Of a stretch of DNA of 56,922 bases, positions 1 to 12,304 are shown in pieces. The stretch lies in NCBI RefSeq assembly GCF_001194135.2, contig NC_068983.1, forward strand, positions 6,338,585-6,395,506. Reading direction: 5' to 3'. The stretch is from Octopus bimaculoides (Eukaryota). The notes under the pieces are model-generated. The model searched no databases, was not told the DNA's origin, and was given only the letters and a program-made list of their open reading frames with translations. A program made the translations under genes and the position numbers. Each line of letters begins with the position of its first letter. Position 1 is the first letter of the stretch.

Positions 1-81
1 ATATATATATATATATACATATACATACATATGTGTGTGTGCGTTATTTATGTGTGTGTATGTGTGTGCCTGCGTGTAAAA

Positions 82-380
82 GCGTGTGGTCTTATGGTTA
101 GGGTATTATACGCACGATCACTCGATCGTGATTTCAATATCTTGACTAGCGGTGCGTTGTGTTCTTAAGCAACACTCTTCATTTCACGTTACTCCAGTCC
201 ACTTAGCAGTGAAATAGGCAACACTGCCACGGACTTGCCTCCAGTTCAGGGCGGGATGTAGGCCTGCCTAACTTGCCTAGCCAGCAGACTGGCATCATTC
301 GGAAGCTACAACTGTGCGAGAAAGCGCCATGTGAGCAGCGGTGTATAACAATATTTGATAGTCTGGTCGATACAGTGATA
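82..380 (+). mobile_element. tRNA-derived SINE, family C (CORE-like central domain), degenerate
   Basis: A-box-like GTGGTCTTATGGTTAGG head, then GCGTTGTGTTCTTAAGCAACAC..TTTCACGTTACTCCAGTCCAC, shared with the copies at 36824 and 54563. Confidence 0.7.
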
Positions 381-802
381 CACACATATAGTAGAATCGT
401 GAGAGCGGGGTTGAGAATTAAGCAAACGTTTAGATCAGTTTGAATGTTTGGACATTGGTGACCAGTTAGAAGGCCATTTTCACAACGGTTTGACGTGGAG
501 AAAATTCTAACTTTTGGCAACAGTGTTAGAACACCAACAGTCATTTCAGGACGTCCACCGTAGATCGATGAATGCATTTCTAGCTACTTCCATATCATTA
601 GTACTGGGTACTACACAAGAGGCAATCCTGGGATGACTTTGGAAGGCGTAGCATCATTACAGAAAATCAGCAGAAACTACTAATTCACTATATGCGACGT
701 CGCCAGTCTCCACTCGGACCCGCCTATGAAAGAAACGCGTTCGAACGGATTTCTGAATTAAACAAAATAAGTCACATGTCTAAAAGTTTCTTTAATATGT
801 GA

Positions 803-860
<58 letters not shown>

Positions 861-862
<2 letters not shown>

Positions 863-1075
863 GGTGGTGAGCTGGCAAAATTGTTAGCACGCCGGACAAA
901 ATGCTTACCGGCATTTCGTCTGTAGGTACATTCTGAGTTCAAATTCCGCCGAGGGGGTCGACTTCACCTTTCATCCATTCGGGATAGAATAAGTTCCAGT
1001 AGAGCAATGGGGTCGCTGTGATCGAATAACCTGCTTTCACGAAATTGCTGGCCTTGTGCCAAAATTTGAAACCAG
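861..1075 (+). mobile_element. tRNA-derived SINE, family B (Meta-domain-like)
   Basis: AAGGTGGTGAGCTGGCA..GTTAGCACGCC head, B-box GAGTTCAAATTCC, then GTCGACTTCACCTTTCATCCATTCGGG; matches about 10 other copies in the window. Confidence 0.85.
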
Positions 1076-1099
1076 TTTGTCTGTGTGTGTGTATGTGTG

Positions 1100-1332
1100 T
1101 GTACTTTTGTGTCTGTTTTTGTCCCCCACCCCACGCACCGCTTGACAAACGGTGTTGTGTTGGTGTGTTTACGTACCTGAAACTTTGCGGTTCGTGAAAA
1201 GACACTGATTGAATAAGTACCTGGCTTGAAAAAATTAAACGCTGGCTTCAATCCACTTGACTAAAAATTCTTCAACACGGTGCCCCAGCATGGCCGCATT
1301 CTAATGACTGAAACAAGTAAAAGATAAAAGAT
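1100..1332 (+). mobile_element. SINE family A, 3' half only
   Basis: CGCTTGACAAACGGTGTT..GTGTTTACGT..CGGTTCG..AATAAGTAC..GGTGCCCCAGCATGGCCGCA..TGACTGAAACAAGTAAAAGA, same as the 3' half of the full copy at 37277. Confidence 0.85.
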
Positions 1333-1889
1333 AACATACATAAATGAATACAAGCAGAACAAGTTAATGACAGAACTAAAAGATTTGGTACAGCTTGATC
1401 TATATTGTAAAGAACTCAGAGTGTAGGCGGCACTTACGATTTTAACGCATTGCCGTCTCATGATCGCTCTACAAAAGTTCTATAGCCATACTGTCTGTTT
1501 TCATTGACCCACATCTATTGAGAACTAAATCCTCTCTGGCCATTGTTGGTCGCCCTCGTGGCTGGTCAGTCCAATTAGAGTCAATATTTATTTATCATCA
1601 TTATCATCATTATTATTATTTTTATTGCTATTATTATTGTTATCGTTATTTCAAAAACCAACCTCATTCTCCTAATACAATGGGTGTCTTCTTTGGATAG
1701 GCTGTAACAATGATAATCATGATGAAGACGGTGGTGGTGGTGGTGGTGGTTTTTTAGTGGTGGTGTTGGTGGTGACAAGAAGGACGTACAATAGCGACAA
1801 TATACATACATATATATATATAGATAGATATATATATATATGTATATATATATGTATGTATAAGTGCAACGTCGGCGAAGTGAGTGCCA

Positions 1890-1921
<32 letters not shown>

Positions 1922-1923
1922 GG

Positions 1924-1959
<36 letters not shown>

Positions 1960-3529
1960 AAGAGNNNNNNNNNNNNNNNNNNNNNNNNNNNNNNNNNNNN
2001 NNNNNNNNNNNNNNNNNNNNNNNNNNNNNNNNNNNNNNNNNNNNNNNNNNNNNNNNNNNNNNNNNNNNNNNNNNNNNNNNNNNNNNNNNNNNNNNNNNNN
2101 NNNNNNNNNNNNNNNNNNNNNNNNNNNNNNNNNNNNNNNNNNNNNNNNNNNNNNNNNNNNNNNNNNNNNNNNNNNNNNNNNNNNNNNNNNNNNNNNNNNN
2201 NNNNNNNNNNNNNNNNNNNNNNNNNNNNNNNNNNNNNNNNNNNNNNNNNNNNNNNNNNNNNNNNNNNNNNNNNNNNNNNNNNNNNNNNNNNNNNNNNNNN
2301 NNNNNNNNNNNNNNNNNNNNNNNNNNNNNNNNNNNNNNNNNNNNNNNNNNNNNNNNNNNNNNNNNNNNNNNNNNNNNNNNNNNNNNNNNNNNNNNNNNNN
2401 NNNNNNNNNNNNNNNNNNNNNNNNNNNNNNNNNNNNNNNNNNNNNNNNNNNNNNNNNNNNNNNNNNNNNNNNNNNNNNNNNNNNNNNNNNNNNNNNNNNN
2501 NNNNNNNNNNNNNNNNNNNNNNNNNNNNNNNNNNNNNNNNNNNNNNNNNNNNNNNNNNNNNNNNNNNNNNNNNNNNNNNNNNNNNNNNNNNNNNNNNNNN
2601 NNNNNNNNNNNNNNNNNNNNNNNNNNNNNNNNNNNNNNNNNNNNNNNNNNNNNNNNNNNNNNNNNNNNNNNNNNNNNNNNNNNNNNNNNNNNNNNNNNNN
2701 NNNNNNNNNNNNNNNNNNNNNNNNNNNNNNNNNNNNNNNNNNNNNNNNNNNNNNNNNNNNNNNNNNNNNNNNNNNNNNNNNNNNNNNNNNNNNNNTATAT
2801 ATACATATATATATATATATGTATGTATGTATGTATGTATGCATATATATATATGTGTGTGTGTGTGTCATCCTGTTTAATTATTTTACTCTTTATTTCT
2901 TGCTTCCATATCTCTACTCATACGTTTCTTACATTTTCTCCCTTTTTTCCTCCGCCTCTACACACCATATTTCTTCAGAAGTACATTGGACCATAGGACC
3001 AAATCCAGTTCGATTCCGTGTTTATATTCTATTTCGTTTCGAAAAGCCAGGAGGCGGTGAGCTAATCGCCATAAATCGGACTGGCAGCGCCATCTGAGGT
3101 CAAACTTGATGATTAGAGTGTGGAATTTAATGGTAAATTATTATCCTGTTGTAATATCCTGCTACAGTTGAGTGTAGAAATATGTCTGCATTTTATTTTT
3201 CTGACACACGAAATTGTCTGCTATAATATAGACGATACAGTCATGCGATACATACATACATACATGCATGCATACATACCTACATACATATATATATATG
3301 CATACATGCATACATACATAGATGCATTCATACATACACACATGCAAACTTACATATATTCATACACACATTCATACATACATTCATTCATTCATACATA
3401 CATACATGCATACATACATACATACATTCATGCATTTATATATACATTCATATATACATACATATATGTATGCATGTGTGTATGTGTGTAATGTGTGTGT
3501 AATGTGTGTGTAATGTATGTTTGTGTGTG

Positions 3530-3700
3530 CGACTTTGTATTTGTTTGCCCCTTACCACACTTTGACAGCCGGTGCTGGTTTGTTTACGTCCCCAAAACTT
3601 AAGAAGATCGTTAGAAGTAATAAGGGGCCAGAAAAATAAGTACAAGCTTCAAAACTATAAAAATATTGTGATCGATTTCCTCGGCTAAGCATAAACCCTC
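3530..3700 (+). mobile_element. SINE family A, degenerate 3' fragment
   Basis: TTTGACAGCCGGTGCTGGTTTGTTTACGTCCCC..AATAAGTAC matches family A. Confidence 0.6.
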
Positions 3701-3989
3701 TCAGGCAGCGCCTCAGGCTTCATGACAATTTCATTTACACAATTCCGTTCGTAAGACTTAAAGGCACCAAAAATTGCGGTAAAAAAGAAGTACTTGTCTG
3801 CGGTTCCACTATGGTATCGAACCTGAAGCCCCTCAGTTGAGAAGCAAACCATTTGTCATGTGTGCATCTTTGTCGCACTCTCCCTTCATCATTTAAAATA
3901 CACGCGCGTACGCTGACACAGAGAAGGAAACTGATAACAAAAGAGAAAGACAGATATATTGACCAAGACATTAGTATGTCCATTACGCC

Positions 3990-4400
3990 AAATCCTACTT
4001 GTTAATACAACTAACAACTTCGAAGTAAAAATGAATAGAGTCGCTTGGCACAGATTCACGATAAACTCTGTTGATCATGCGCACTAAGCTTCAATGTTCT
4101 AGCTCATTTCCGCTGTTTATAGCAGTACTTGGAAGGAAGGTGTGTAGCATGTGATCGTCGCATTGACCATGACAAAGAAAGTTGGGATGAGAATCTGCAT
4201 CAAATTTTGCCAAAAGTTTGGCGATACCTGCTCAGAAGTCTACGCAAACTTTTCAATGCGTTTTCATCGTTGTCGACAGAATCAAGGAGATCTTGTACAG
4301 CTGAAACTCGAGTGTCTTTTTGGTCAGCTGAAAGCAGTTTTGACACAAACTTGGCAGCCATGCGTCTCGTACCCAAATCTTCAGTGATAATGGACTAAAC
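3990..4400 (+). mobile_element. Mariner transposon 5' remnant with internally deleted transposase N-terminus
   Basis: ATG at 4169 gives MTKKVGMRICIKFCQKFGDTCSEVYA, resembling the mariner N-terminal HTH start (RxCIKFC..G.T.SE.Y); another frame later gives MRLVPK (mariner VPK/WVP region). Confidence 0.7.
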
Positions 4401-4465
4401 TGAATGTGTAACTAATCTGCATATCCTCTGACGGATGGTGATTCACAGCTGCACGCACATCTCTC

Positions 4466-4843
4466 TCTTTACTCTTTTACTTGTTTCAGTCATTTGACTG
4501 CAGCCATGCTGGGGCAACGCCTTTAGTCGAGCAAATCCACCCCAGGACTTATTCTTTGTAAGCCTAGTACTTATTCTATCGGTGTCTTTTTTGCCGAACC
4601 GCTAGGTTACGGGGACGTAAACACACCAGCATCGGTTGCCAAGTGATGTTGGGGGGACAAACACAGACGCACAAACACGCACATATATATAAATGCATAT
4701 ACATATATACGACGGGCTTCTTTCAGTTTCCATCTACCAAATCCACTCACAAGGCTTTGGTCGGCCCGAGGCCAAAGTAGAAGACACTTGCCCAAGGTTC
4801 TACGTAATGGGACTGAACGCGGAACCATGTGGTTGGTAAGCAC
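4466..4843 (-). mobile_element. SINE family A, near full length (head runs into gap)
   Basis: Reverse complement of the family A consensus including the (TA)/(TG) linker. Confidence 0.9.
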
Positions 4844-4899
4844 NNNNNNNNNNNNNNNNNNNNNNNNNNNNNNNNNNNNNNNNNNTATATATATATATG

Positions 4900-4948
<49 letters not shown>

Positions 4949-5488
4949 GCCTGTCTATATGTGCGTGTGTATATCTCACATGTATGTATGTATGTATGTA
5001 TGTATGTATTCACACATACATAACACACATACTTACATGAAAAAAAGAATTGCTTATTGATCCCTCGCTTTATGAGAACACGTTCACATTCACACAGGTG
5101 TATATAATGAGAGTGACAGGTGTACATCATTCTCAATAACAGCTTATGCATAAGTAGTGTATATATTTGTGTATGCGTTTATGTGTGCGTATATGTGTGT
5201 CCATGTGTTTGCGTATTTGTGTATTTAAATGTATTTTTATATATTATTTATATCTTTATGTTTGCTTATACCTTTTTATGTCTCCAAGGGTTTTTTTTTA
5301 CATTTGAATATATCTATATCTATCCATTTATCTATCTATTCTCTCTATGTATAATATAATACACACACGCACACATACACACACACATACGCACGCGCAC
5401 GCATTTCTATCTGTAAGAATGAATGAATACGTATACAGAAATATGTGCGCGTATACATGCTTGTTAGCACGCACCCACACACACAAAC

Positions 5489-5550
<62 letters not shown>

Positions 5551-7061
5551 GTAAATGCCAAATTTGGTGGACATAATTTCTTTATATGTGAATGAAGAAT
5601 ACCATTGGTTTCATGCTCAGCAAAGTAGGAATATTTCCTAGTGTCTTAACAATTTNNNNNNNNNNNNNNNNNNNNNNNNNNNNNNNNNNNNNNNNNNNNN
5701 NNNNNNNNNNNNNNNNNNNNNNNNNNNNNNNNNNNNNNNNNNNNNNNNNNNNNNNNNNNNNNNNNNNNNNNNNNNNNNNNNNNNNNNNNNNNNNNNNNNN
5801 NNNNNNNNNNNNNNNNNNNNNNNNNNNNNNNNNNNNNNNNNNNNNNNNNNNNNNNNNNNNNNNNNNNNNNNNNNNNNNNNNNNNNNNNNNNNNNNNNNNN
5901 NNNNNNNNNNNNNNNNNNNNNNNNNNNNNNNNNNNNNNNNNNNNNNNNNNNNNNNNNNNNNNNNNNNNNNNNNNNNNNNNNNNNNNNNNNNNNNNNNNNN
6001 NNNNNNNNNNNNNNNNNNNNNNNNNNNNNNNNNNNNNNNNNNNNNNNNNNNNNNNNNNNNNNNNNNNNNNNNNNNNNNNNNNNNNNNNNNNNNNNNNNNN
6101 NNNNNNNNNNNNNNNNNNNNNNNNNNNNNNNNNNNNNNNNNNNNNNNNNNNNNNNNNNNNNNNNNNNNNNNNNNNNNNNNNNNNNNNNNNNNNNNNNNNN
6201 NNNNNNNNNNNNNNNNNNNNNNNNNNNNNNNNNNNNNNNNNNNNNNNNNNNNNNNNNNNNNNNNNNNNNNNNNNNNNNNNNNTATATATATATATACTTT
6301 ATTTATATATACACACGTAAATATATGTCTTTGTCTGTGCGTACTTAAGTATGTATCCACGTATGTATGTATGTATGTATGTGTGTGTGTATGCGTGTAT
6401 GTGGGTATGTATGTTTGTATGAATCTATGCGCGAATATTATGGACGTGTGTTCGCGCAAATGTTCGTTTGTATGCGAACGTACGCGCGTTACTTATTGTT
6501 CATCAAGATGGTCGTTCACTGTTATATGTTACTACACACATGTGCATACATATCCCTTTTCACACTCTACACACGTTAGATCAGGACTTATTTTAACACT
6601 TGATCCACCTATAAATCCATTTTAAATCCAAGAATGGCCTTAATTTGCTTCTTTTTTTTTTGCTTTATTTGTTTGTTTTTGTTTTTTTTGCATCGTATGT
6701 GCAGCATTTTTTTAATGCAACTCTACGTTTCATTTATATCCAACCATCAACTAATCCGGTGCCTCAGTTTTATTGGTGTTTACCTTGTGTGCTTGCTTAG
6801 TGCACAGTTGCTGTTTTCGTAATGACAATGGTTATGGTTATGATGGTAGCTGTGGGGGTGGGGTTGTTGGTGTTTTTTTTTGTTGTTGCTGATGGTAGAC
6901 CTTTATCAAATGGCTGGATTTTATGAAATGTAAAGCAACGAGAATTATTTTTCATGCTCGGCATTTCTACGTAGAATAGACGTGTACTTCACAATCAACT
7001 AATTCCCGGATCATTCCTTCAATACAGTATCATGGATAAATATCTCCCTTCTGCAAAAGGC

Positions 7062-7375
7062 ACATTGCTCAGTGGTTAGAACGTCGGGCTTCCAAGTATG
7101 AGGTAGTGAGTTCGATGATCGGTCTCTTGAACAAGACATTTTTTTTTCACGTTACTTCAGTTCACTTTGCTGTAGAATTGAGTTGTGACGTCATTGGTGC
7201 CAAGCTGTATCGAACTTTGCCTTTCCCTTGGATAACATCGGTGGCATGGAGTGGGGAGGCTGGTATAAACGAGCCACTGCTGGTCTTCCATAAACAACCT
7301 TCTCCGGACTTGTACACTGGAGGGGAACATTGTAGGTGCAATCTCATGGTCATTCATGGCCGAAGGGGCAGGGGT
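7062..7375 (+). mobile_element. SINE family C head with a different tail
   Basis: TGCTCAGTGGTTAG A-box, GAGTTCGAT B-box, CTTGAACAAGACA..TTTCACGTTACTTCAGTTCAC central domain. Confidence 0.6.
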
Positions 7376-7695
7376 CTGACCCTTTACCGAAAATTCGACA
7401 GATGGAAACTAGGGAACCCTTCGGGGAGCAGCTGTCCCTTATATACTGTTAAACTATCTCTGGTTTACAGATAACAGATATCTTGACTGACTAATCCGAG
7501 AATGTGACTAAGCTGGTCCATATTACCTTCCTCTAATAACTACAGAATATTTTATTGTTCCTTTATTCTACAGCAGGGATTCACAACCGGGTTCAATATG
7601 ATCCTAGGAAGTCTATAGAAGATTTTGTTGTTAAAATCTATCTGCACTAAATTGGTTATACTTAGGCGTGGCTATAGGCGCAGGCGTGGCTTATA

Positions 7696-8462
7696 GGCGC
7701 AAGCGTGGCTGTGTGGTAAGAAGCTTGTTTCGCAACCACATCGTTTCGAGTTTAGTCCCACTGCATCGCACCTTGGGTGAGTGTCTTCTACTATAGCCTC
7801 GGGTCAACCAAAGCCTTGTGAGTGGATTTGGTACTCAGAAACTGAAAAAAGCCCGCCATGTATATATATATATATATATATATATATCCAAAACAATGGA
7901 AGAACGCAACAGACGACAATAAAATATCCTACGGACAGATAGACGATACGAAGACGGACAGGACAAAACAGGGACGGGCCATTCGTGGCCTTCTCTCCCC
8001 AGACAAGTTTCCAGATTATCCTTACAGTTGGGGCCGATTACACTTGAGACTGTTCAAATCTGGCTGGCTCGAAAAATCTAAGCTAAGAGCTTTAAATATT
8101 TTGGGAGAAACCAAGTGAATGTGTACCGCAACAAGGACAAAAAAAAAAAACGAGAAAAAGGGGGAAATGTTACTCAATTACAAATACAAACAAGAAAATA
8201 ACAAAGGCTGTCTTTCGGGTATTAGAGGCGAATCAAACTGAGTAGGCGTGTGGAGTGTCTCTTTGCTTGTCCCCACCACCATCGCTTGACAACCGATGTT
8301 GGTGTGTTTACGTCCCCGTAACTTAGTGGTTCGGCAAAAGAGACTGATGTAATAAGTACTAGTCTTACAAAGAATAATTCCTGGGGTCGATTTGTTTGAC
8401 TAAAAGGCGGTGCTCCAGCAAGGCCGCAGCTAAATGATAAAAGAACAGATAAAAGAATAAAA
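7696..8462 (+). mobile_element. SINE family A split by a ~370-bp insertion (5' half 7696-7857, 3' half ~8260-8462)
   Basis: Both halves match the intact copy at 37277; unrelated sequence 7888-8255 lies in the linker. Confidence 0.85.
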
Positions 8463-8469
8463 GAATTCT

Positions 8470-8562
8470 TTAAAATATTTGATTATAAAAATATAACAGG
8501 ATTTTTTGAAATATCAAATCGCTATTAGGGTCCACCCGAGTAAAATAGTTAAGAAACATTGC
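8470..8562 (-). mobile_element. hAT (Charlie-like) non-autonomous element end
   Basis: Minus strand begins CAATGTTTCTTAAC..GGGTGGACCCC, resembling the CAGTGTTTCTCAAC hAT-Charlie TIR. Confidence 0.4.
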
Positions 8563-8755
8563 TCTTCAGACAATCTACGAATTGACGAGGATGCCTCTAT
8601 ATGGTCTCTCAGCCTACTAGACGCATCAACTAAATTTCATTCAAATCACAGCTTAAGGATCAAAAACTGCTTTTTTTTTTAGATTGTAGGCCGTTGGAAT
8701 TTCACTTTTAGTTATTTTTCAAACACACACACTCTTTCTCTCCTTTCTTCTCTTT

Positions 8756-8804
<49 letters not shown>

Positions 8805-9004
8805 TCTCAAACTCAATCTATGAGAGAAACACACTCGGGGCGCAATCTCTTTCCAAATGTCTCCCACAAGTATGTAATCTCACTCATTTTTACACACTGT
8901 CTCTCTCATTGTGCCACCTTTTCACACACTCCACATACTTTCACGCATATTCTCTATCCCTCTGCACATAATTACACCCCCACTATACTCCTTCACTTTC
9001 TCTT

Positions 9005-9035
<31 letters not shown>

Positions 9036-9272
9036 ATTTCCTTATCACATACAGGTATATTCTCTGTCTGTCTGCCTGCTTAGCCCTTTCTCTCACTCTC
9101 TCTTTTTCTGTTGCATACACTCATACTTCCCTTTCCTCTCCTTTGTCTTTGTTTCTTTCTCTCCCTCGTTCTCTTTCTATCTATTTATCTATCTATCTAT
9201 CTATCTATTATCTATCTATCTCTTTCTCTTAGTTGCACACGCACAGACTCGCATACTCCCCTTTCACTCGCA

Positions 9273-9318
<46 letters not shown>

Positions 9319-10115
9319 NNNNNNNNNNNNNNNNNNNNNNNNNNNNNNNNNNNNNNNNNNNNNNNNNNNNNNNNNNNNNNNNNNNNNNNNNNNNNNNNNN
9401 NNNNNNNNNNNNNNNNNNNNNNNNNNNNNNNNNNNNNNNNNNNNNNNNNNNNNNNNNNNNNNNNNNNNNNNNNNNNNNNNNNNNNNNNNNNNNNNNNNNN
9501 NNNNNNNNNNNNNNNNNNNNNNNNNNNNNNNNNNNNNNNNNNNNNNNNNNNNNNNNNNNNNNNNNNNNNNNNNNNNNNNNNNNNNNNNNNNNNNNNNNNN
9601 NNNNNNNNNNNNNNNNNNNNNNNNNNNNNNNNNNNNNNNNNNNNNNNNNNNNNNNNNNNNNNNNNNNNNNNNNNNNNNNNNNNNNNNNNNNNNNNNNNNN
9701 NNNNNNNNNNNNNNNNNNNNNNNNNNNNNNNNNNNNNNNNNNNNNNNNNNNNNNNNNNNNNNNNNNNNNNNNNNNNNNNNNNNNNNNNNNNNNNNNNNNN
9801 NNNNNNNNNNNNNNNNNNNNNNNNNNNNNNNNNNNNNNNNNNNNNNNNNNNNNNNNNNNNNNNNNNNNNNNNNNNNNNNNNNNNNNNNNNNNNNNNNNNN
9901 NNNNNNNNNNNNNNNNNNNNNNNNNNNNNNNNNNNNNNNNNNNNNNNNNNNNNNNNNNNNNNNNNNNNNNNNNNNNNNNNNNNNNNNNNAGGTATTTAGC
10001 GCGCCAAAACGAAGACTTTTGAAATATAACCCCAAATGTAATTGGTAGAACTGTATACATGTTCAATCTCATGCGGACGTCTCGTGTATAGTTCTGCAAA
10101 TTATATTGCTATGAC

Positions 10116-10188
10116 GATCACACTGACGAGTTGCGGACAATTACGTATGTAATTACGTAAGTGGTAACAACGAAACCGGTCTGTGATT
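10116..10188 (+). ncRNA. Minimal type I hammerhead ribozyme (Penelope-like element type)
   Basis: Stem I ATCACA(10117-22)/TGTGAT(10182-87); core CTGACGA(10123-29); stem II GTTG/CAAC; GAAA(10172-75); stem III AC-cg-GT (palindrome ACCGGT); cleavage triplet GUC with C at 10181. Confidence 0.85.
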
Positions 10189-10239
10189 AATCTTTATGTT
10201 TTGTATCTTTTCATTTGTCTTGCTCACTTACGTTCTGGT

Positions 10240-10440
10240 GTTTGCTAAGAACTATTTGGTGTCCAGGGGTGACAAATATGCAACGGTGAGGATGCTATTT
10301 CACACCCCTGAGGAAGCTTGCATTGCAGGAGGCCAACCCCTGGGAGGGGAAGAAATATTGTTCCTTCCCACATATTGTGGAAAGAAAATAACGAGGGTTT
10401 GGGTATGTGGGCTACCGCCCGGTGTTCGGTCTGGATGGTG
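10240..10440 (+). mobile_element. Possible ORF1 (gag-like) fragment of a Tx1/L1-like LINE
   Basis: Complex in-frame segment YLVSRGDKYATVRMLFHTPEE..LFLPTYCGKKITRVWVCGLPPGV; the PTY.G....V....LPP pattern recalls L1/Tx1 ORF1 proteins. Pattern recognition only. Confidence 0.35.
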
Positions 10441-10641
10441 GTGGTGGCCGAGGCGGTCAGGGATGACGGCGATAGTAAGCGATGTGAAAGATAGAGGTGG
10501 TGGAGGGGAAGGTGACGAAGTCAAAGGTGTTGATAGTGGTGGCGTCAGAAGTCTGAACGGTATGTGCATGGCAGTTGTGGCGATGGTGGTGGTGGTGGTG
10601 GTGGTGGTGATGGCTAAAAGTAATCAACAGAAAGGGAGAGC

Positions 10642-10714
<73 letters not shown>

Positions 10715-10966
10715 TAGATAGAAAAAAATTGTACTGACCCCCGAATGGGAAGACAAAAGATGTTTATCATGCAGCTTCAGAATAAGTTCCAGGTCGACAA
10801 ATTATATCATTGCTGGTTGCTTGAAAAATATTGATCAAGTTTAATAAAATCTAATATGTATCCAATGCATGAAGTGTCATTGTTGGACCCAAGGCTCAAT
10901 GAAGAGCCTTTCATAGGAGCTAGCTTAAAAGCCACCCTGTCGGGCGGCTTTTAAGTTGCCATTTCA

Positions 10967-11306
10967 GTTGGCACTCCGTCGCTTACGACGTCGAGGGTTC
11001 CGGTTGATCCGATCAGCGGAACAGCCTGCTCGTGAAATTAACATGCAAGTGGCTGAGCACTCCACAGACACGTGTACCCTTAACGTAGTTCTCGGGGATA
11101 TTCAGCGTGACACAGTGTGACAAGAATGACCCTTTGAAATACAGGTACAACAGAAACAGGAAGTAAGAGTGAGAGAAAGTTGTGGTGAAAGAGTATAGCA
11201 GGGTTCGCCACCACCCACTGCCGGAGCCTCGTGGAGCTTTAGGTGTTTTCGCTCAATAAACATTCACAACGCCCGTCTGGAATTCGAAACCGCGATCCTA
11301 TGAACG
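10967..11306 (-). mobile_element. SINE family D (tRNA-Arg-like head), head cut by gap
   Basis: Near-identical reverse complement of 39699-40080. Confidence 0.9.
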
Positions 11307-11880
11307 NNNNNNNNNNNNNNNNNNNNNNNNNNNNNNNNNNNNNNNNNNNNNNNNNNNNNNNNNNNNNNNNNNNNNNNNNNNNNNNNNNNNNNNNNNNNNN
11401 NNNNNNNNNNNNNNNNNNNNNNNNNNNNNNNNNNNNNNNNNNNNNNNNNNNNNNNNNNNNNNNNNNNNNNNNNNNNNNNNNNNNNNNNNNNNNNNNNNNN
11501 NNNNNNNNNNNNNNNNNNNNNNNNNNNNNNNNNNNNNNNNNNNNNNNNNNNNNNNNNNNNNNNNNNNNNNNNNNNNNNNNNNNNNNNNNNNNNNNNNNNN
11601 NNNNNNNNNNNNNNNNNNNNNNNNNNNNNNNNNNNNNNNNNNNNNNNNNNNNNNNNNNNNNNNNNNNNNNNNNNNNNNNNNNNNNNNNNNNNNNNNNNNN
11701 NNNNNNNNNNNNNNNNNNNNNNNNNNNNNNNNNNNNNNNNNNNNNNNNNNNNNNNNNNNNNNNNNNNNNNNNNNNNNNNNNNNNNNNNNNNNNNNNNNNN
11801 NNNNNNNNNNNNNNNNNNNNNNNNNNNNNNNNNNNNNNNNNNNNNNNNNNNNNNNNNNNNNNNNNNNNNNNNNNNNNNNN

Positions 11881-11931
<51 letters not shown>

Positions 11932-11932
<1 letters not shown>

Positions 11933-12057
11933 CGACGGGCTTCTTTCAGTTTCCATCTACCAAATCCACTTTCCCAAGGTGCCACGCAGTGGGACTGAAC
12001 CAGGGACCATGTGGTTGATAAGCAATCTACTTACCACAGAGCCACTCCTCCGCCTAT
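11932..12057 (-). mobile_element. SINE family A 5' half with an internal ~40-bp deletion
   Basis: AAATCCACT joins directly to TTCCCAAGG, skipping CACAAGGCTTTGGTCGGCCCGAGG..; head AGGCGGAGGAGTGGCT on the minus strand. Confidence 0.85.
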
Positions 12058-12261
12058 GTTTACATTTCTTTATATTCGTATATGTGTCTATCAGTTCTCT
12101 TGCACGTGCATGCATGCTTATACATACATGCATGTGTAAGCATGTATTTAAATACATATGTAAGAAATCACACATGTGTTCCTGAAATGTAAACCCGAAC
12201 GGGCATAATAGAATCTCACACGTGCAGCCATATTTATCCGACCCAAACATAGCCGCTGCTG

Positions 12262-12304
<43 letters not shown>

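Noticed and set aside
395-760. Complex segment and 124-aa minus ORF (203-577)
   Set aside because: No recognisable domain in any frame; the ORF overlaps a SINE tail. Left unassigned.
4360-4390. CTGAAGA..CGAGAC on the minus strand
   Set aside because: No stem II or stem I; it lies inside the mariner transposase remnant.
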